This document shows positions 9,238-19,779 of a stretch of 64,000 nucleotides of DNA, one piece after another; positions within the stretch are counted from its first letter, which is position 1; each line of letters opens with the position of its first letter. The position numbers were made by a program, and so were the translations under genes. Origin of the DNA: Shigella phage Sf25; the sequence record MF327009; one strand, given 5' to 3'. Under the pieces are notes generated by a model. That model did not search any database, was not told the DNA's origin, and saw only the letters and a program-made list of their open reading frames with translations.

Positions 9238-11006
9238 AAAAGCCACAAGAAATGCAAACGATGCGTAGAAAAGTTATTTCAGATAATAAACCAACACAGG
9301 AAGCGGCTAAATCCGCTTCCAACACTTTATCTGGACTTAACGATATATCTACGAAATTGGATGATGCTCAAGCTGCTTCTGAATTAATAGCTCAAACTGT
9401 CGAAGAAAAATCGAATGAAATAGTTGGAGCAATTGACAACGTAGAAAGCGCAGTGAGTGATACTACCGCAGGTTCTGAGTTAATTGCCGAAACTGTCGAA
9501 ATTGGCAACAATATTAATAAAGAAATCGGTGAATCACTCGGAAGTAAATTAGATAAATTAACAAGTTTACTAGAGCAAAAAATTCAGACAGCCGGAATTC
9601 AACAAACAGGAACTAGTTTAGCCACGGTTGAAAGCGCTATTCCTGTTAAAGTTGTTGAGGACGATACAGCTGAATCCGTTGGTCCTTTATTACCGGCTCC
9701 TGAAGCAGTTAATAATGATCCTGATGCTGATTTTTTCCCTACTCCTCAGCCAGTTGAACCTAAACAAGAATCGCCAGAAGAAAAACAGAAAAAAGACGCA
9801 TTTAATTTAAAATTATCTCAAGCTTTAGATAAATTAACAAAGACTGTTGATTTTGGATTTAAGAAATCCATTTCAATTACTGATAAAATATCAAGCATGT
9901 TATTTAAGTACACCATCAGTGCTGCTATTGAAGCTGCTAAAATGACTGCAATGATATTGGCTGTTGTTGTTGGAATAGACCTGTTGATGGTTCATTTTAA
10001 ATACTGGTCAGATAAATTTTCAAAAGCCTGGGATTTATTTAGTACTGATTTTACTAAATTCTCTAGCGAAACCGGAACATGGGGTCCTTTATTACAGAGC
10101 ATCTTTGATTCTATTGATAAAATTAAACAACTTTGGGAAGCGGGAGATTGGGGTGGATTGACAGCAGCTATCATAGAAGGACTCGGAAGTGTTCTTTTTA
10201 ATTTAGGAGAGCTTATTCAATTAGGTATGGCTAAATTATCTGCTGCAATTCTTCGAGTCATTCCTGGCATGAAAGACACTGCTGATGAAGTAGAAGGAAG
10301 AGCACTGGAAAATTTCCAAAATACTACTGGAGCATCTCTCAATAAAGAAGACCAGGAAAAAGTTGCAAATTATCAGTACAAAAGAATGAATGGAGACCTT
10401 GGCCCGATAGCAAAAGGATTAGATAAAATTGCTAATTGGAAAACTCGTGCATCTAATTGGATTCGTGGAGTTGATAATAAAGAAGCACTAACAACTGATG
10501 AAGAGAGAGCAGAGGAAGAAGAAAAATTAAAGCAGCTTTCTCCAGAGGAAGCTAAAATTGCTTTAATGAAAGCTAATGAAGCTCGTGCTGCTATGAATCG
10601 TTTTGAAAAATATGCCGATTCAGCTGATATGAGTAAAGACTCAACGGTTAAATCAGTTGAATCTGCCTATGAAGACCTTAAAAAACGGATGGATGACCCG
10701 GATTTAAATAATTCACCGGCGGTTAAAAAAGAACTTGCTGCTAGATTTTCTAAAATTGATGCTACTTATCAAGAGCTCAAGAAGAATCAGCCTAATGCCA
10801 AACCTGAAACTTCTGCTAAATCGCCAGAAGCAAAACAAGTCCAGGTAATAGAAAAGAACAAAGCACAGCAAGCTCCTGTTCAACAAGCATCTCCTTCAAT
10901 CAACAATACTAATAATGTTATTAAGAAAAATACTGTCGTTCATAATATGACACCTGTCACAAGCACAACTGCTCCTGGTGTATTTGATGCGACTGGGGTT
11001 AATTAA
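9234..11006 (+). CDS. 29: baseplate hub / tail-length determining protein gp29
   Basis: 590-aa ORF with ATGA overlap to gene 28; length and position as in T4. Confidence 0.85.
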   Translation: MKKPQEMQTMRRKVISDNKPTQEAAKSASNTLSGLNDISTKLDDAQAASELIAQTVEEKSNEIVGAIDNVESAVSDTTAGSELIAETVEIGNNINKEIGESLGSKLDKLTSLLEQKIQTAGIQQTGTSLATVESAIPVKVVEDDTAESVGPLLPAPEAVNNDPDADFFPTPQPVEPKQESPEEKQKKDAFNLKLSQALDKLTKTVDFGFKKSISITDKISSMLFKYTISAAIEAAKMTAMILAVVVGIDLLMVHFKYWSDKFSKAWDLFSTDFTKFSSETGTWGPLLQSIFDSIDKIKQLWEAGDWGGLTAAIIEGLGSVLFNLGELIQLGMAKLSAAILRVIPGMKDTADEVEGRALENFQNTTGASLNKEDQEKVANYQYKRMNGDLGPIAKGLDKIANWKTRASNWIRGVDNKEALTTDEERAEEEEKLKQLSPEEAKIALMKANEARAAMNRFEKYADSADMSKDSTVKSVESAYEDLKKRMDDPDLNNSPAVKKELAARFSKIDATYQELKKNQPNAKPETSAKSPEAKQVQVIEKNKAQQAPVQQASPSINNTNNVIKKNTVVHNMTPVTSTTAPGVFDATGVN

Positions 11007-11014
11007 GGAATAAT

Positions 11015-12109
11015 ATGGCAATTGTTAAAGAAATAACTGCTGATTTAATTAAAAAGTCCGGTGAGAAAATTTCAGCCGGACAGAGTACTAAATCAGAAGT
11101 AGGAACTAAAACATACACAGCCCAGTTTCCAACTGGGCGTGCTAGTGGTAATGACACTACAGGGGACTTCCAGGTAACAGATCTATATAAGAATGGATTA
11201 TTATTTACTGCATACAATATGTCATCTAGGGATTCTGGAAGTCTTAGATCGATGAGATCTAACTACTCTTCTTCATCTTCGAGTATTTTACGTACAGCCA
11301 GAAACACTATCAGTAATACAGTATCAAAACTGTCAAATGGATTAATATCAGATAATAATTCAGGAACAATAAGTAAAGCCCCTGTTGCAAATATTCTTTT
11401 ACCAAGATCTAAATCCGATGTTGATACATCATCACATAGATTTAATGATGTTCAAGAAAGTCTTATCAGCAGAGGAGGAGGTACTGCTACTGGTGTGCTA
11501 AGTAATATTGCTTCAACTGCAGTATTTGGGGCACTGGAAAGTATAACACAAGGTATAATGGCTGATAATAATGAACAGATTTATACGACAGCCAGAAGTA
11601 TGTATGGTGGTGCTGAAAATAGAACTAAAGTGTTTACTTGGGATTTGACTCCACGTTCAACAGAAGATTTAATGGCTATTATTAATATCTATCAATATTT
11701 TAACTATTTTTCTTATGGTGAAACTGGTAAATCTCAATATGCTGCTGAAATAAAGGGGTATTTAGATGATTGGTATCGTTCTACGTTAATTGAACCTTTA
11801 TCTCCGGAAGACGCAGCTAAAAATAAAACACTATTTGAGAAAATGACATCGAGTTTAACTAACGTTCTAGTGGTTTCAAACCCGACAATTTGGATGGTGA
11901 AAAACTTTGGTGCAACATCTAAGTTTGATGGAAAAACGGAAATATTCGGTCCATGTCAAATCCAGAGTATCAGATTTGATAAAACACCTAATGGTAACTT
12001 TAACGGATTAGCTATTGCTCCAAACCTCCCTAGTACATTTACTCTTGAGATTACTATGAGAGAAATTATCACGTTAAACCGTGCTTCTTTATATGCGGGG
12101 ACTTTTTAA
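11015..12109 (+). CDS. 48: baseplate-tail tube junction protein gp48
   Basis: 364-aa ORF, length and position as in T4. Confidence 0.85.
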   Translation: MAIVKEITADLIKKSGEKISAGQSTKSEVGTKTYTAQFPTGRASGNDTTGDFQVTDLYKNGLLFTAYNMSSRDSGSLRSMRSNYSSSSSSILRTARNTISNTVSKLSNGLISDNNSGTISKAPVANILLPRSKSDVDTSSHRFNDVQESLISRGGGTATGVLSNIASTAVFGALESITQGIMADNNEQIYTTARSMYGGAENRTKVFTWDLTPRSTEDLMAIINIYQYFNYFSYGETGKSQYAAEIKGYLDDWYRSTLIEPLSPEDAAKNKTLFEKMTSSLTNVLVVSNPTIWMVKNFGATSKFDGKTEIFGPCQIQSIRFDKTPNGNFNGLAIAPNLPSTFTLEITMREIITLNRASLYAGTF

Positions 12110-13074
12110 TGTATTCTTTAGAGGAATTTAATAATCAAGCAATAAACGCAGATTTCCAACGTAATAATATGTTTAGCTGCGTTTTTGCGACAACTCCATC
12201 AACTAAAAGCTCTTCGTTGATAAGTTCAATTAGCAACTTTTCTTATAATAACTTGGGCCTAAATTCAGATTGGTTAGGATTGACTCAAGGTGATATTAAT
12301 CAGGGAATTACCACGCTAATTACTGCTGGCACACAAAAACTGATAAGAAAATCAGGGGTTAGTAAATATCTTATTGGTGCCATGAGTCAACGTACAGTTC
12401 AAAGTTTATTAGGCTCATTTACAGTTGGTACATATTTAATTGACTTCTTTAACATGGCATATAACTCATCTGGATTGATGATATACTCTGTAAAAATGCC
12501 AGAGAATAGATTATCCTATGAAACTGACTGGAACTATAATTCTCCTAATATTCGTATAACTGGGAGAGAATTAGACCCTTTGGTTATTTCATTTAGAATG
12601 GATTCAGAAGCTTGTAACTATCGTGCAATGCAAGACTGGGTTAACTCCGTTCAAGACCCAGTAACTGGATTACGCGCTTTGCCACAAGATGTCGAGGCAG
12701 ATATTCAGGTTAATCTTCATGCTCGTAATGGATTACCTCATACTGCGGTGATGTTCACCGGATGCATTCCAGTGTCAGTGAGCGCTCCTGAGTTATCATA
12801 TGATGGAGATAACCAAATAACTACATTTGATGTTACTTTTGCGTATAGAGTCATGCAGGCTGGGTCGGTTGATAGACAAGCTGCGCTTGAGTGGCTTGAA
12901 TCTGCTGCTATAAATGGCATTCAAAGCGTTCTCGGAAATAGTGGAGGTGTTACTGGACTATCTAATTCGCTTTCACGACTCAGTAGATTAGGGGGAACTG
13001 CAGGAAGCATTTCAAACATTAATACTATGACAGGAATTGTCAATTCGCAAAGTAAAATATTAGGAGCAATATAA
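12109..13074 (+). CDS. 54: baseplate-tail tube initiator gp54
   Basis: 321-aa ORF, length and position as in T4. Confidence 0.85.
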   Translation: MYSLEEFNNQAINADFQRNNMFSCVFATTPSTKSSSLISSISNFSYNNLGLNSDWLGLTQGDINQGITTLITAGTQKLIRKSGVSKYLIGAMSQRTVQSLLGSFTVGTYLIDFFNMAYNSSGLMIYSVKMPENRLSYETDWNYNSPNIRITGRELDPLVISFRMDSEACNYRAMQDWVNSVQDPVTGLRALPQDVEADIQVNLHARNGLPHTAVMFTGCIPVSVSAPELSYDGDNQITTFDVTFAYRVMQAGSVDRQAALEWLESAAINGIQSVLGNSGGVTGLSNSLSRLSRLGGTAGSISNINTMTGIVNSQSKILGAI

Positions 13075-13078
13075 CAAT

Positions 13079-13108
13079 GGGGACCGAAAGGTCCCCATAT
13101 TTTTATTT
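13079..13108 (+). terminator. rho-independent terminator after gene 54 (GGGGACC-GAAA-GGTCCCC plus T-run)
   Basis: Perfect stem with GAAA loop followed by atatttttattt. Confidence 0.6.
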
Positions 13109-13393
13109 ACGGAATGAAATAAAAGCAGCAACTGAAGCAACTAAACTGTCTTCAATATAAACTTCAATTTTTACCGGAGCTTCTGACTCAAATTTACCTG
13201 TTACTACACCTTGGAAAATGCTTTCAGTCTGCTGTGGCTTTGAAAAATTTTCAGAAGGAAAAATTCCGAACTTTTTATCTGTTCCAAAAATTTTGATAAA
13301 TTCATCATAAACTGCTTCATTAAAAGCGTTATCAGCAGGAATAACGCCTTCAACTACAAGTTCTTGACCTAAAAAGCGTAAAGAAGATTTCAT
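13103..13393 (-). CDS. hypothetical protein (96 aa), alt-neighbourhood
   Basis: ORF track; preceded by an early-promoter cassette and ribosome-binding site. Confidence 0.5.
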   Translation of the reverse strand: MKSSLRFLGQELVVEGVIPADNAFNEAVYDEFIKIFGTDKKFGIFPSENFSKPQQTESIFQGVVTGKFESEAPVKIEVYIEDSLVASVAAFISFRK

Positions 13394-13400
13394 TTTGTGT

Positions 13401-13454
13401 TCCTCATGTTATGTCAGTAAGATTACTATAACACAACACGAGGGACTTGTAAAC
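13401..13454 (-). promoter_or_regulatory. early-promoter cassette (-35 GTTTAC, -10 TATAGT, RBS); 54 bp identical to 29491-29544
   Basis: Minus-strand GTTTACaag(18 nt)TATAGT then GAGGA; exact copy upstream of alc. Confidence 0.5.
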
Positions 13455-15511
13455 TACATCTTGAACTTTTTAGACATTCCGTTGATGTTAACCAAAGAAG
13501 CCAAGATTTGAGAAACTTCGTTTTCCTCTTCTTTTGATTCTTCTACGAGGAATTGATTAAACCCAGCCATTGGACGAACTTCGCCAGTTTCCATTAGATG
13601 ATCGCCATCATATACCGATTCTTCTAATTGTTCAGAAGGAGGAACGATTGTGCCTTCGATTAGATACTTGTTATAAGCAGTTTCTTTCATCATGTACGTG
13701 CTTACTTTATTAATCTTCAACAAAATTCCACGCGGTAGAATAACTTCAGCTTCTGATGGAAATCCTGATAAATGACCTGGAACGATAACTTTGATTCGCT
13801 CAGCTCCTTTAATTACCATACCCACGCTAGTTTCAGCATCTTCATTAGCATATGTAGAATGACTACCCATATGCATCAAATCTTCTGCATCAATGGAACC
13901 TTCTCCTTCACCAGAAAATACTGCGCCGGAATCATCTAGAGCCATATAGTTTTTACCATGCTCACCGAAGATATTTGGTTTAAGCGATGTTGATACGAAG
14001 TTCTTGAAATAGAACATTTTATTTTCAATGTTATGACGCAAAGTTTTAAAGGTAACTTCTTGCCCACGATAAAGAGTAGTTCCTGGAGGAAGAACTGAAC
14101 CTTTAGCAAATGCAGAATCCAACGTCTCGATGTGTTTAATAGCTCGTTCCATATATTCTTCACGGGTAGAATCAGGTTTACCTAAAAGGAACGAGTTCAT
14201 TTCAACATATGAATCTGCACAATAATCTTCAATTACATCAGACTCAGCCTGAGTTAATCCTTTTGGAGTTACTTCAGTGCTTGCGTATTCATATGCCTGA
14301 GCGGCAGATTCATTAATCAATTTATAAATGCCATTCATGACAAATTGAATAATAGCTGTCTTTTCATCTGGTGTAGCTTTAGAACCTTTAACTAAATCAT
14401 TGATAATTTTCTTAATAACATCAAAGCTATTAGAAATATTAATGTCAGCAAGATCGCTTAAAATTTTATCAGTTTTATAATCAAAGAATTCTTTATTCTT
14501 TAAATATTCTTGAGAACCTTGATATGTTATATCGCTCTGCAACTTGATAGATGGATCACGTAAACGTGCATGGGCTAATGCAATATGATTTCGGAAACTT
14601 TCTAGTTCATAATCGTTAGATTTAAAACGAGAAGCACTTCTCATACCACCGATAGCTCCTTTGCTAAAGTTTGAACCAATCTGAATAACGCCAGAGTTCA
14701 TCGGACCTTCTGCTTTATATACCGGAACTTTAGATTCAAACTCTTGATATTTCTTAGCAGCGAAGCTATCACCCTGAAGTGAAGCATCAACAGTAGAATA
14801 TTGAGCTTGTGCTGCTAATCGACGACTAATTTTAGTTTTCTGAATAACAGCTTGATCCGTGCGCTTATCATTTTCTAAAGCAATAGAAGCAGCAACAGCG
14901 ACAGCTTTAGGAACAGCATTACCTGTTTTAACGTCTACATAAACATCACCAACCTTTGATTCAACTTTTGTGAATAACTCAGTTGAAATAGGAGGTACAC
15001 CTGGAATGTCTTCTAAATTGGCATTTTTACGGTAAACCATAATATATGCATATTTCTTATCATAGTCCCAGATTTCCTTTAAAAGAACATATCGACCTGC
15101 TCCTTTAGTACGTACTAAACGGTCAGCAATAACTTGCATTTGACGAGCAGCGCCATTTGTTTTACTCTTTAGTACGCGGAATAAGCATGCATCAATTTTA
15201 TACTGTTTCATTGTTTGAAGAGCAGTATCAAAAACAGCATTAATGACGCCAATTGGATTTCCACCCAAGTTTTTAAGCTTGACTAACGATAATTTCTCGT
15301 TGACACCTATCATTACGATATGCATCATTTTGTCGCCTGGCTTAACGTTTTTATTCGTATCACCGCCAGAGGTGTATGTACAAAATCTAAATCCAGGAAG
15401 CACGCTTTCTTCACCGGCTTGAATAGCAAAAATTTGTGGTATTTTATGCTTAGGATTTAAGTTAACAACCGGCGCCGAAGCGCCGTCAAATAATTCTGTA
15501 ATAAGTTCCAT
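13454..15511 (-). CDS. Alt-like ADP-ribosyltransferase paralog (685 aa)
   Basis: N-terminus MELITELFDGASAPVVNLNPKHKIPQIF parallels the adjacent Alt; diverged over the whole length, so not a recent duplication. Confidence 0.7.
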   Translation of the reverse strand: MELITELFDGASAPVVNLNPKHKIPQIFAIQAGEESVLPGFRFCTYTSGGDTNKNVKPGDKMMHIVMIGVNEKLSLVKLKNLGGNPIGVINAVFDTALQTMKQYKIDACLFRVLKSKTNGAARQMQVIADRLVRTKGAGRYVLLKEIWDYDKKYAYIMVYRKNANLEDIPGVPPISTELFTKVESKVGDVYVDVKTGNAVPKAVAVAASIALENDKRTDQAVIQKTKISRRLAAQAQYSTVDASLQGDSFAAKKYQEFESKVPVYKAEGPMNSGVIQIGSNFSKGAIGGMRSASRFKSNDYELESFRNHIALAHARLRDPSIKLQSDITYQGSQEYLKNKEFFDYKTDKILSDLADINISNSFDVIKKIINDLVKGSKATPDEKTAIIQFVMNGIYKLINESAAQAYEYASTEVTPKGLTQAESDVIEDYCADSYVEMNSFLLGKPDSTREEYMERAIKHIETLDSAFAKGSVLPPGTTLYRGQEVTFKTLRHNIENKMFYFKNFVSTSLKPNIFGEHGKNYMALDDSGAVFSGEGEGSIDAEDLMHMGSHSTYANEDAETSVGMVIKGAERIKVIVPGHLSGFPSEAEVILPRGILLKINKVSTYMMKETAYNKYLIEGTIVPPSEQLEESVYDGDHLMETGEVRPMAGFNQFLVEESKEEENEVSQILASLVNINGMSKKFKM

Positions 15512-15514
15512 GAT

Positions 15515-17608
15515 TTATCCTTGAACGAACTTGTAAGGCATGTTTGTAATATCTATGCAAGACGCAATAATTCCAAGAGATGATTCTACTTTCTGTTTAA
15601 CGTTTGATGAAACAAATGATGCAAAGTCAACTCTGTCTTCTATTTCAATATCACCTGTCATTGCAACTACTTCGCCGGTTTCCATTAAATGGTCTCCATC
15701 ATAGATTACCGATTCGGTGAGCTCTTCCGTGGTCATAACTTCAGCTTGAATGAGTTTTGTATTATTAGACGTGGTTCCGTCATTATTAGAAGCATCAGTT
15801 ATTTTATTAACTTTGACCATCAATCCGCGCGGTAGAATAACTTCAGCTTCTGTTGCTATTCCGAGACTTCCTGGATATACAACATTAACTTTATGAGCTC
15901 CATCAATTGCCCATCCTATTTGAACTTTAACGTATTCAGGATTTTCTTTATACGCTCTTATTTCGTTTGGATTAATAGTTATTCCTTCTTCATTTTTATC
16001 AACTGTTAATTCATTGCGAGCTTCTGGTTCTAAAAGACCAATACCAGCATGTGTAATTCCAAAACGTCCAAAAATGATAGGAGTTAAAGAAGTAGATACA
16101 AAATTTCTGAAATAGAACACTTTATTTTTAACTAGTGCTTCGTATATAGGAGCAGTCATACTTTGAGCACGATAAACTGTGATGCCTTCCGGTATGCGGT
16201 CACCATTTTCAAAAGCTGAATCTAAGTTATTTATAGCAGATTCAATTTCTTTTTCACTCATTACATCATATCGTTCTGGATTGTAACGACCTAAAAGAAG
16301 ATTATTGATGTCAGTATATCCTGAACCGCAATATTCTCTAATGCCACGCTTTTGTGATGGAGTATATTTAGAACCATCGCGGGCAATAGTAATATCAATC
16401 ATTGGACCAGCACCAATTCCAGAAAAACTGTAAATCATTCGTTTGAGGAATTTAGTTTTTGCTGCGTTCCAGGAATTTTTAGTTATTTCTTCCCAGACTT
16501 CATCTGGTTGTCCTTTACGATTTTTATTATGATTAGCAAGCCATTTATCTTTATAATCTTCAAAGAATTGATTTACAGCTGCTGCGTATTTCTCTAAACA
16601 TTTTATTGAAGTAGTTGGTTCATTTTTAATTGCATTAAAAATTACTTCTTTAATTTTTTCTGAAACTTCACCGACTTGACTCATTGGAAAGAATTTATAA
16701 TCATAGTGAAGTTCATCTGCCGTTCCTTCGGCAATAATTTTTGCTGCCTTAGTTTTAGAAGCTAATGAATTAATTCCAAGCTTCATTTCTTCTGCTTCGG
16801 GAATTAAAGGTGCAGTAGTTGGTTTATTAAAATTAGCTGCTGTAGATTCATACTTCTGGAATAATTCACTTTCAAATCTAGAAGATTCCAATGACTGACT
16901 TTGTGCAATTGCTCTACGGGAAATTTTAACTTTAACGATTACAGCTTGGTCAGAACGTTTATCGTTTTCTTGTGCAATAGATGCTGCAATTGCCTCATTT
17001 TTAGTTACTTGAGCTCCAGTATCTTTATTGATATAAACATCGCCAACTTTCGATTCAACTTTAGTAAAGAGCTCGGTACTAATTTCCGGAACTCCTGGAA
17101 TGTCTTCTAGCGATACATTTTTGCGATGTATAAGAATATATGCATACTTTTTATCATAATCCCAGAGTTCCTTAAGAAGGACGTATCTGCCACCTGAACG
17201 ACTACGGATAAGTCTATCAGCAATAACTTGAATTTGTCGAGCTTGACCAGCGGTTTTAGACTTAAGAATACGAAGCATACAAGCATCAATTTTATACTGA
17301 CGCATTGTTTGCATTGCAACAGTAAAAACTGAATTGATATAATTAATTGGGCTTGGACCAAGACCTTTTAATTTAGCAATTGAACCTTTAGCAGTTAATG
17401 TAAAAGGAACAATATGCATCATTTTATCGCCCATTTTTAAATCGCGATTAGTATCACCTCCAGATGTATAGGTACATAAACGAAAGCCTGGCTGTTCAAT
17501 TGCATCATCAACGTGAACTGAAAAAATTTGCGGTATTTTCTTCTTTGGATTTAAGTTTGTAATCGGAAGAGTAGTATCTTCGTCAAATAATTCTGTAATG
17601 AGTTCCAT
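15515..17608 (-). CDS. alt: Alt ADP-ribosyltransferase (packaged, injected with the DNA)
   Basis: ORF begins (M)MELITELFDEDTTLPITNLNPKKKIPQIF, matching recalled T4 Alt N-terminus; sits next to gene 30. Confidence 0.8.
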   Translation of the reverse strand: MELITELFDEDTTLPITNLNPKKKIPQIFSVHVDDAIEQPGFRLCTYTSGGDTNRDLKMGDKMMHIVPFTLTAKGSIAKLKGLGPSPINYINSVFTVAMQTMRQYKIDACMLRILKSKTAGQARQIQVIADRLIRSRSGGRYVLLKELWDYDKKYAYILIHRKNVSLEDIPGVPEISTELFTKVESKVGDVYINKDTGAQVTKNEAIAASIAQENDKRSDQAVIVKVKISRRAIAQSQSLESSRFESELFQKYESTAANFNKPTTAPLIPEAEEMKLGINSLASKTKAAKIIAEGTADELHYDYKFFPMSQVGEVSEKIKEVIFNAIKNEPTTSIKCLEKYAAAVNQFFEDYKDKWLANHNKNRKGQPDEVWEEITKNSWNAAKTKFLKRMIYSFSGIGAGPMIDITIARDGSKYTPSQKRGIREYCGSGYTDINNLLLGRYNPERYDVMSEKEIESAINNLDSAFENGDRIPEGITVYRAQSMTAPIYEALVKNKVFYFRNFVSTSLTPIIFGRFGITHAGIGLLEPEARNELTVDKNEEGITINPNEIRAYKENPEYVKVQIGWAIDGAHKVNVVYPGSLGIATEAEVILPRGLMVKVNKITDASNNDGTTSNNTKLIQAEVMTTEELTESVIYDGDHLMETGEVVAMTGDIEIEDRVDFASFVSSNVKQKVESSLGIIASCIDITNMPYKFVQG

Positions 17609-17644
17609 CATATCCTCTCTAGTGTTTATTCTATTTATAAAATT

Positions 17645-17662
17645 AAAGGCCCGAAGGCCTTT
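17645..17662 (-). terminator. hairpin terminator (AAAGGCC-CGAA-GGCCTTT)
   Basis: Perfect stem-loop; T-rich on the minus strand downstream. Confidence 0.5.
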
Positions 17663-17849
17663 AATAATCTATTGGTAAGAGAGTACGATATATTTCAAAC
17701 TTTGGACCTTTTTCATAGGCATCAAATGTTTCTGTGAATTTATTATAAGCATATGCATCTATAAATTCAATCATAATTTGTGATACAGAAGTAGAAACAT
17801 CTCCACCTTCTTTTTGAGCCACGACAATTGTTTCTAAGTAAGCTTTCAT
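17661..17849 (-). CDS. hypothetical protein (62 aa)
   Basis: ORF track; overlaps the gene 30 stop. Confidence 0.45.
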   Translation of the reverse strand: MKAYLETIVVAQKEGGDVSTSVSQIMIEFIDAYAYNKFTETFDAYEKGPKFEIYRTLLPIDY

Positions 17850-19309
17850 AGACCAGTTACCTCATGAAAATCACCAAATACATCCTCGAATGTATTAGCT
17901 TTAGTTTTATCTTCACGTAAACGAATCGCAATCGGAAGAAATAATTTAACGTAATCGGTGCGGCCATCAGATTTTAACCAACCATTGCATTCGCACTCTA
18001 GAATTTTTCCAATATAATAATTTTGGTTTTCCATAATGCGAGTACGGTCAAGTTCATGCGATTTTACACCGGCTTTATCTTTTAAGCCTGAACCAGCATT
18101 TACTTTAATTTTTCCACACTCTGATTCAAGAATAAATCCACCCGCTTTAGTAGGGTCTTTACGGTGAGGATAAATTCCTACAATTTTTAAATCAACATCA
18201 ATTACTTCTTTAAATTTATAAAGATTTTTTGAACGAGCATTTTCCCATAATCCATCGATATTTTTGAGAATAATACCTTCAAGACCTTGGTCAATATACT
18301 TTTTATAAATTACCTTAGCTTCATCTAGGTTATTTACTACCTGGTTTTCAATTAAAATTACTTTATCATATCCTGATGTCATTTGTTCTAGTTTAGAAAA
18401 ACGTACATCATATTTTAAACGAAACGCCGGAAGACCGTATATTTCTACCAACGGGACATAATCCCAAACCTGAAACTTCATGCATTGAGCTTCTTTTTCA
18501 GAAATGGTTCCTTTTAAGGATTTATTGGCGATTCCATTAGAAGTAGTACGAGATTCCGCTACTTCGGCGAATTCTTTAGCTTTACTAATTTCAGGATAAG
18601 CATCAAAAAGAAAATCTAGGCCTTCTGGTTCCTTTTTAACTTGCTCATGGTATACCAATTCGCCATCAATTAACACACCTTCTGGATGAATCTGGCGGGC
18701 TTCAGCAGTCATTTTGATTAACTCTTCCTTAAGAAGATCTAATCCTAGATATTCATTACCAGCTCGTGATAAAAGACGAACATCATCTAATTCATCGCCT
18801 CGGACTTCAGCAAAACACCGGGCTCCATCTGCTTTTAACTGCGCAAAGGCTGGAAACTTGATATTCTTACTAATGCCCTTTTCATCATAAGAACTTGCCA
18901 GCATTTGAGGTTGTTCAGGAATTAAACCTGGCCAAACTTTGTTTGCAATAGATACTGAAGCACCGCATTCAAGGTCTCGCATCATCACTCGACGCAAAAC
19001 TTCAACATCATCCTTTTTACCATCAGTGATATATCCAGTTAATTCCTCAATTGCAGCATTTCCAGTCAATTTCCGAGTAGCTAACGTGAATTCAATGAAA
19101 TCAAGCATATCGGTAATGGTCAGCATTCCAAAACTCTGGGTAGCAATACCAGGTTTAGGCCATTTCTTGATATAATACTGTAACCCACGAGAATAAGTCA
19201 GACGATATACTCGTTTAAGCAATTCATTATCTTTATTCTTTTCAAGAATTGCTTGCTTCTGCTTAGTTGATCCAATAGATGCTATTTCATTCAGAATTTT
19301 AAGAATCAT
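17846..19309 (-). CDS. 30: ATP-dependent DNA ligase gp30
   Basis: 487-aa ORF; adenylation motif KADGAR; matches recalled T4 ligase. Confidence 0.9.
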   Translation of the reverse strand: MILKILNEIASIGSTKQKQAILEKNKDNELLKRVYRLTYSRGLQYYIKKWPKPGIATQSFGMLTITDMLDFIEFTLATRKLTGNAAIEELTGYITDGKKDDVEVLRRVMMRDLECGASVSIANKVWPGLIPEQPQMLASSYDEKGISKNIKFPAFAQLKADGARCFAEVRGDELDDVRLLSRAGNEYLGLDLLKEELIKMTAEARQIHPEGVLIDGELVYHEQVKKEPEGLDFLFDAYPEISKAKEFAEVAESRTTSNGIANKSLKGTISEKEAQCMKFQVWDYVPLVEIYGLPAFRLKYDVRFSKLEQMTSGYDKVILIENQVVNNLDEAKVIYKKYIDQGLEGIILKNIDGLWENARSKNLYKFKEVIDVDLKIVGIYPHRKDPTKAGGFILESECGKIKVNAGSGLKDKAGVKSHELDRTRIMENQNYYIGKILECECNGWLKSDGRTDYVKLFLPIAIRLREDKTKANTFEDVFGDFHEVTGL

Positions 19310-19573
19310 TGTTCATCCTTCAGAGTTTGATTTACAGCTCTATTATAAATCAATTCATCATTAAGCTCAGTTAAAGACCTATGATATGTAGTTCTAACTT
19401 TATTTCCTTGCATCCAGTGCTTGATATAAATGAAACCTTGCTCTACACATTTTTAAAAATTCGTTCGTCTTTTTGAGCTCGGAATTCTGGATTGCATCTA
19501 AAGAATTGATTTACGTGACCGTAATCACGCGTAGTATTACCTTCATTTTCATAAATAGTGTGAACGACAAACA

Positions 19574-19762
19574 TTAGAATGCTCCTTGGAAAATATTATC
19601 ACCACAAGTAGGTCTATTATACAAATACTCTATGCCACCAGGTTTAATATAGTTCCATGTCTGAAACGGATGTGTCTGATATGGATGATATAGATGATTA
19701 TAAGGATTAAACCCAGGAGTTCTCCAGGTAGTGTTCCAACGAAAAGAATCATTTTTAATCAT
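19574..19762 (-). CDS. hypothetical protein (62 aa), 30.x
   Basis: ORF track. Confidence 0.4.
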   Translation of the reverse strand: MIKNDSFRWNTTWRTPGFNPYNHLYHPYQTHPFQTWNYIKPGGIEYLYNRPTCGDNIFQGAF

Positions 19763-19779
19763 CTTTTCAATTACATCTT

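Noticed and set aside
13454-17611. Two large Alt-like ORFs as another recent duplication artefact
   Set aside because: The two ORFs are substantially diverged at the amino-acid level along their whole length, unlike the exact duplicates; they are genuine paralogs.
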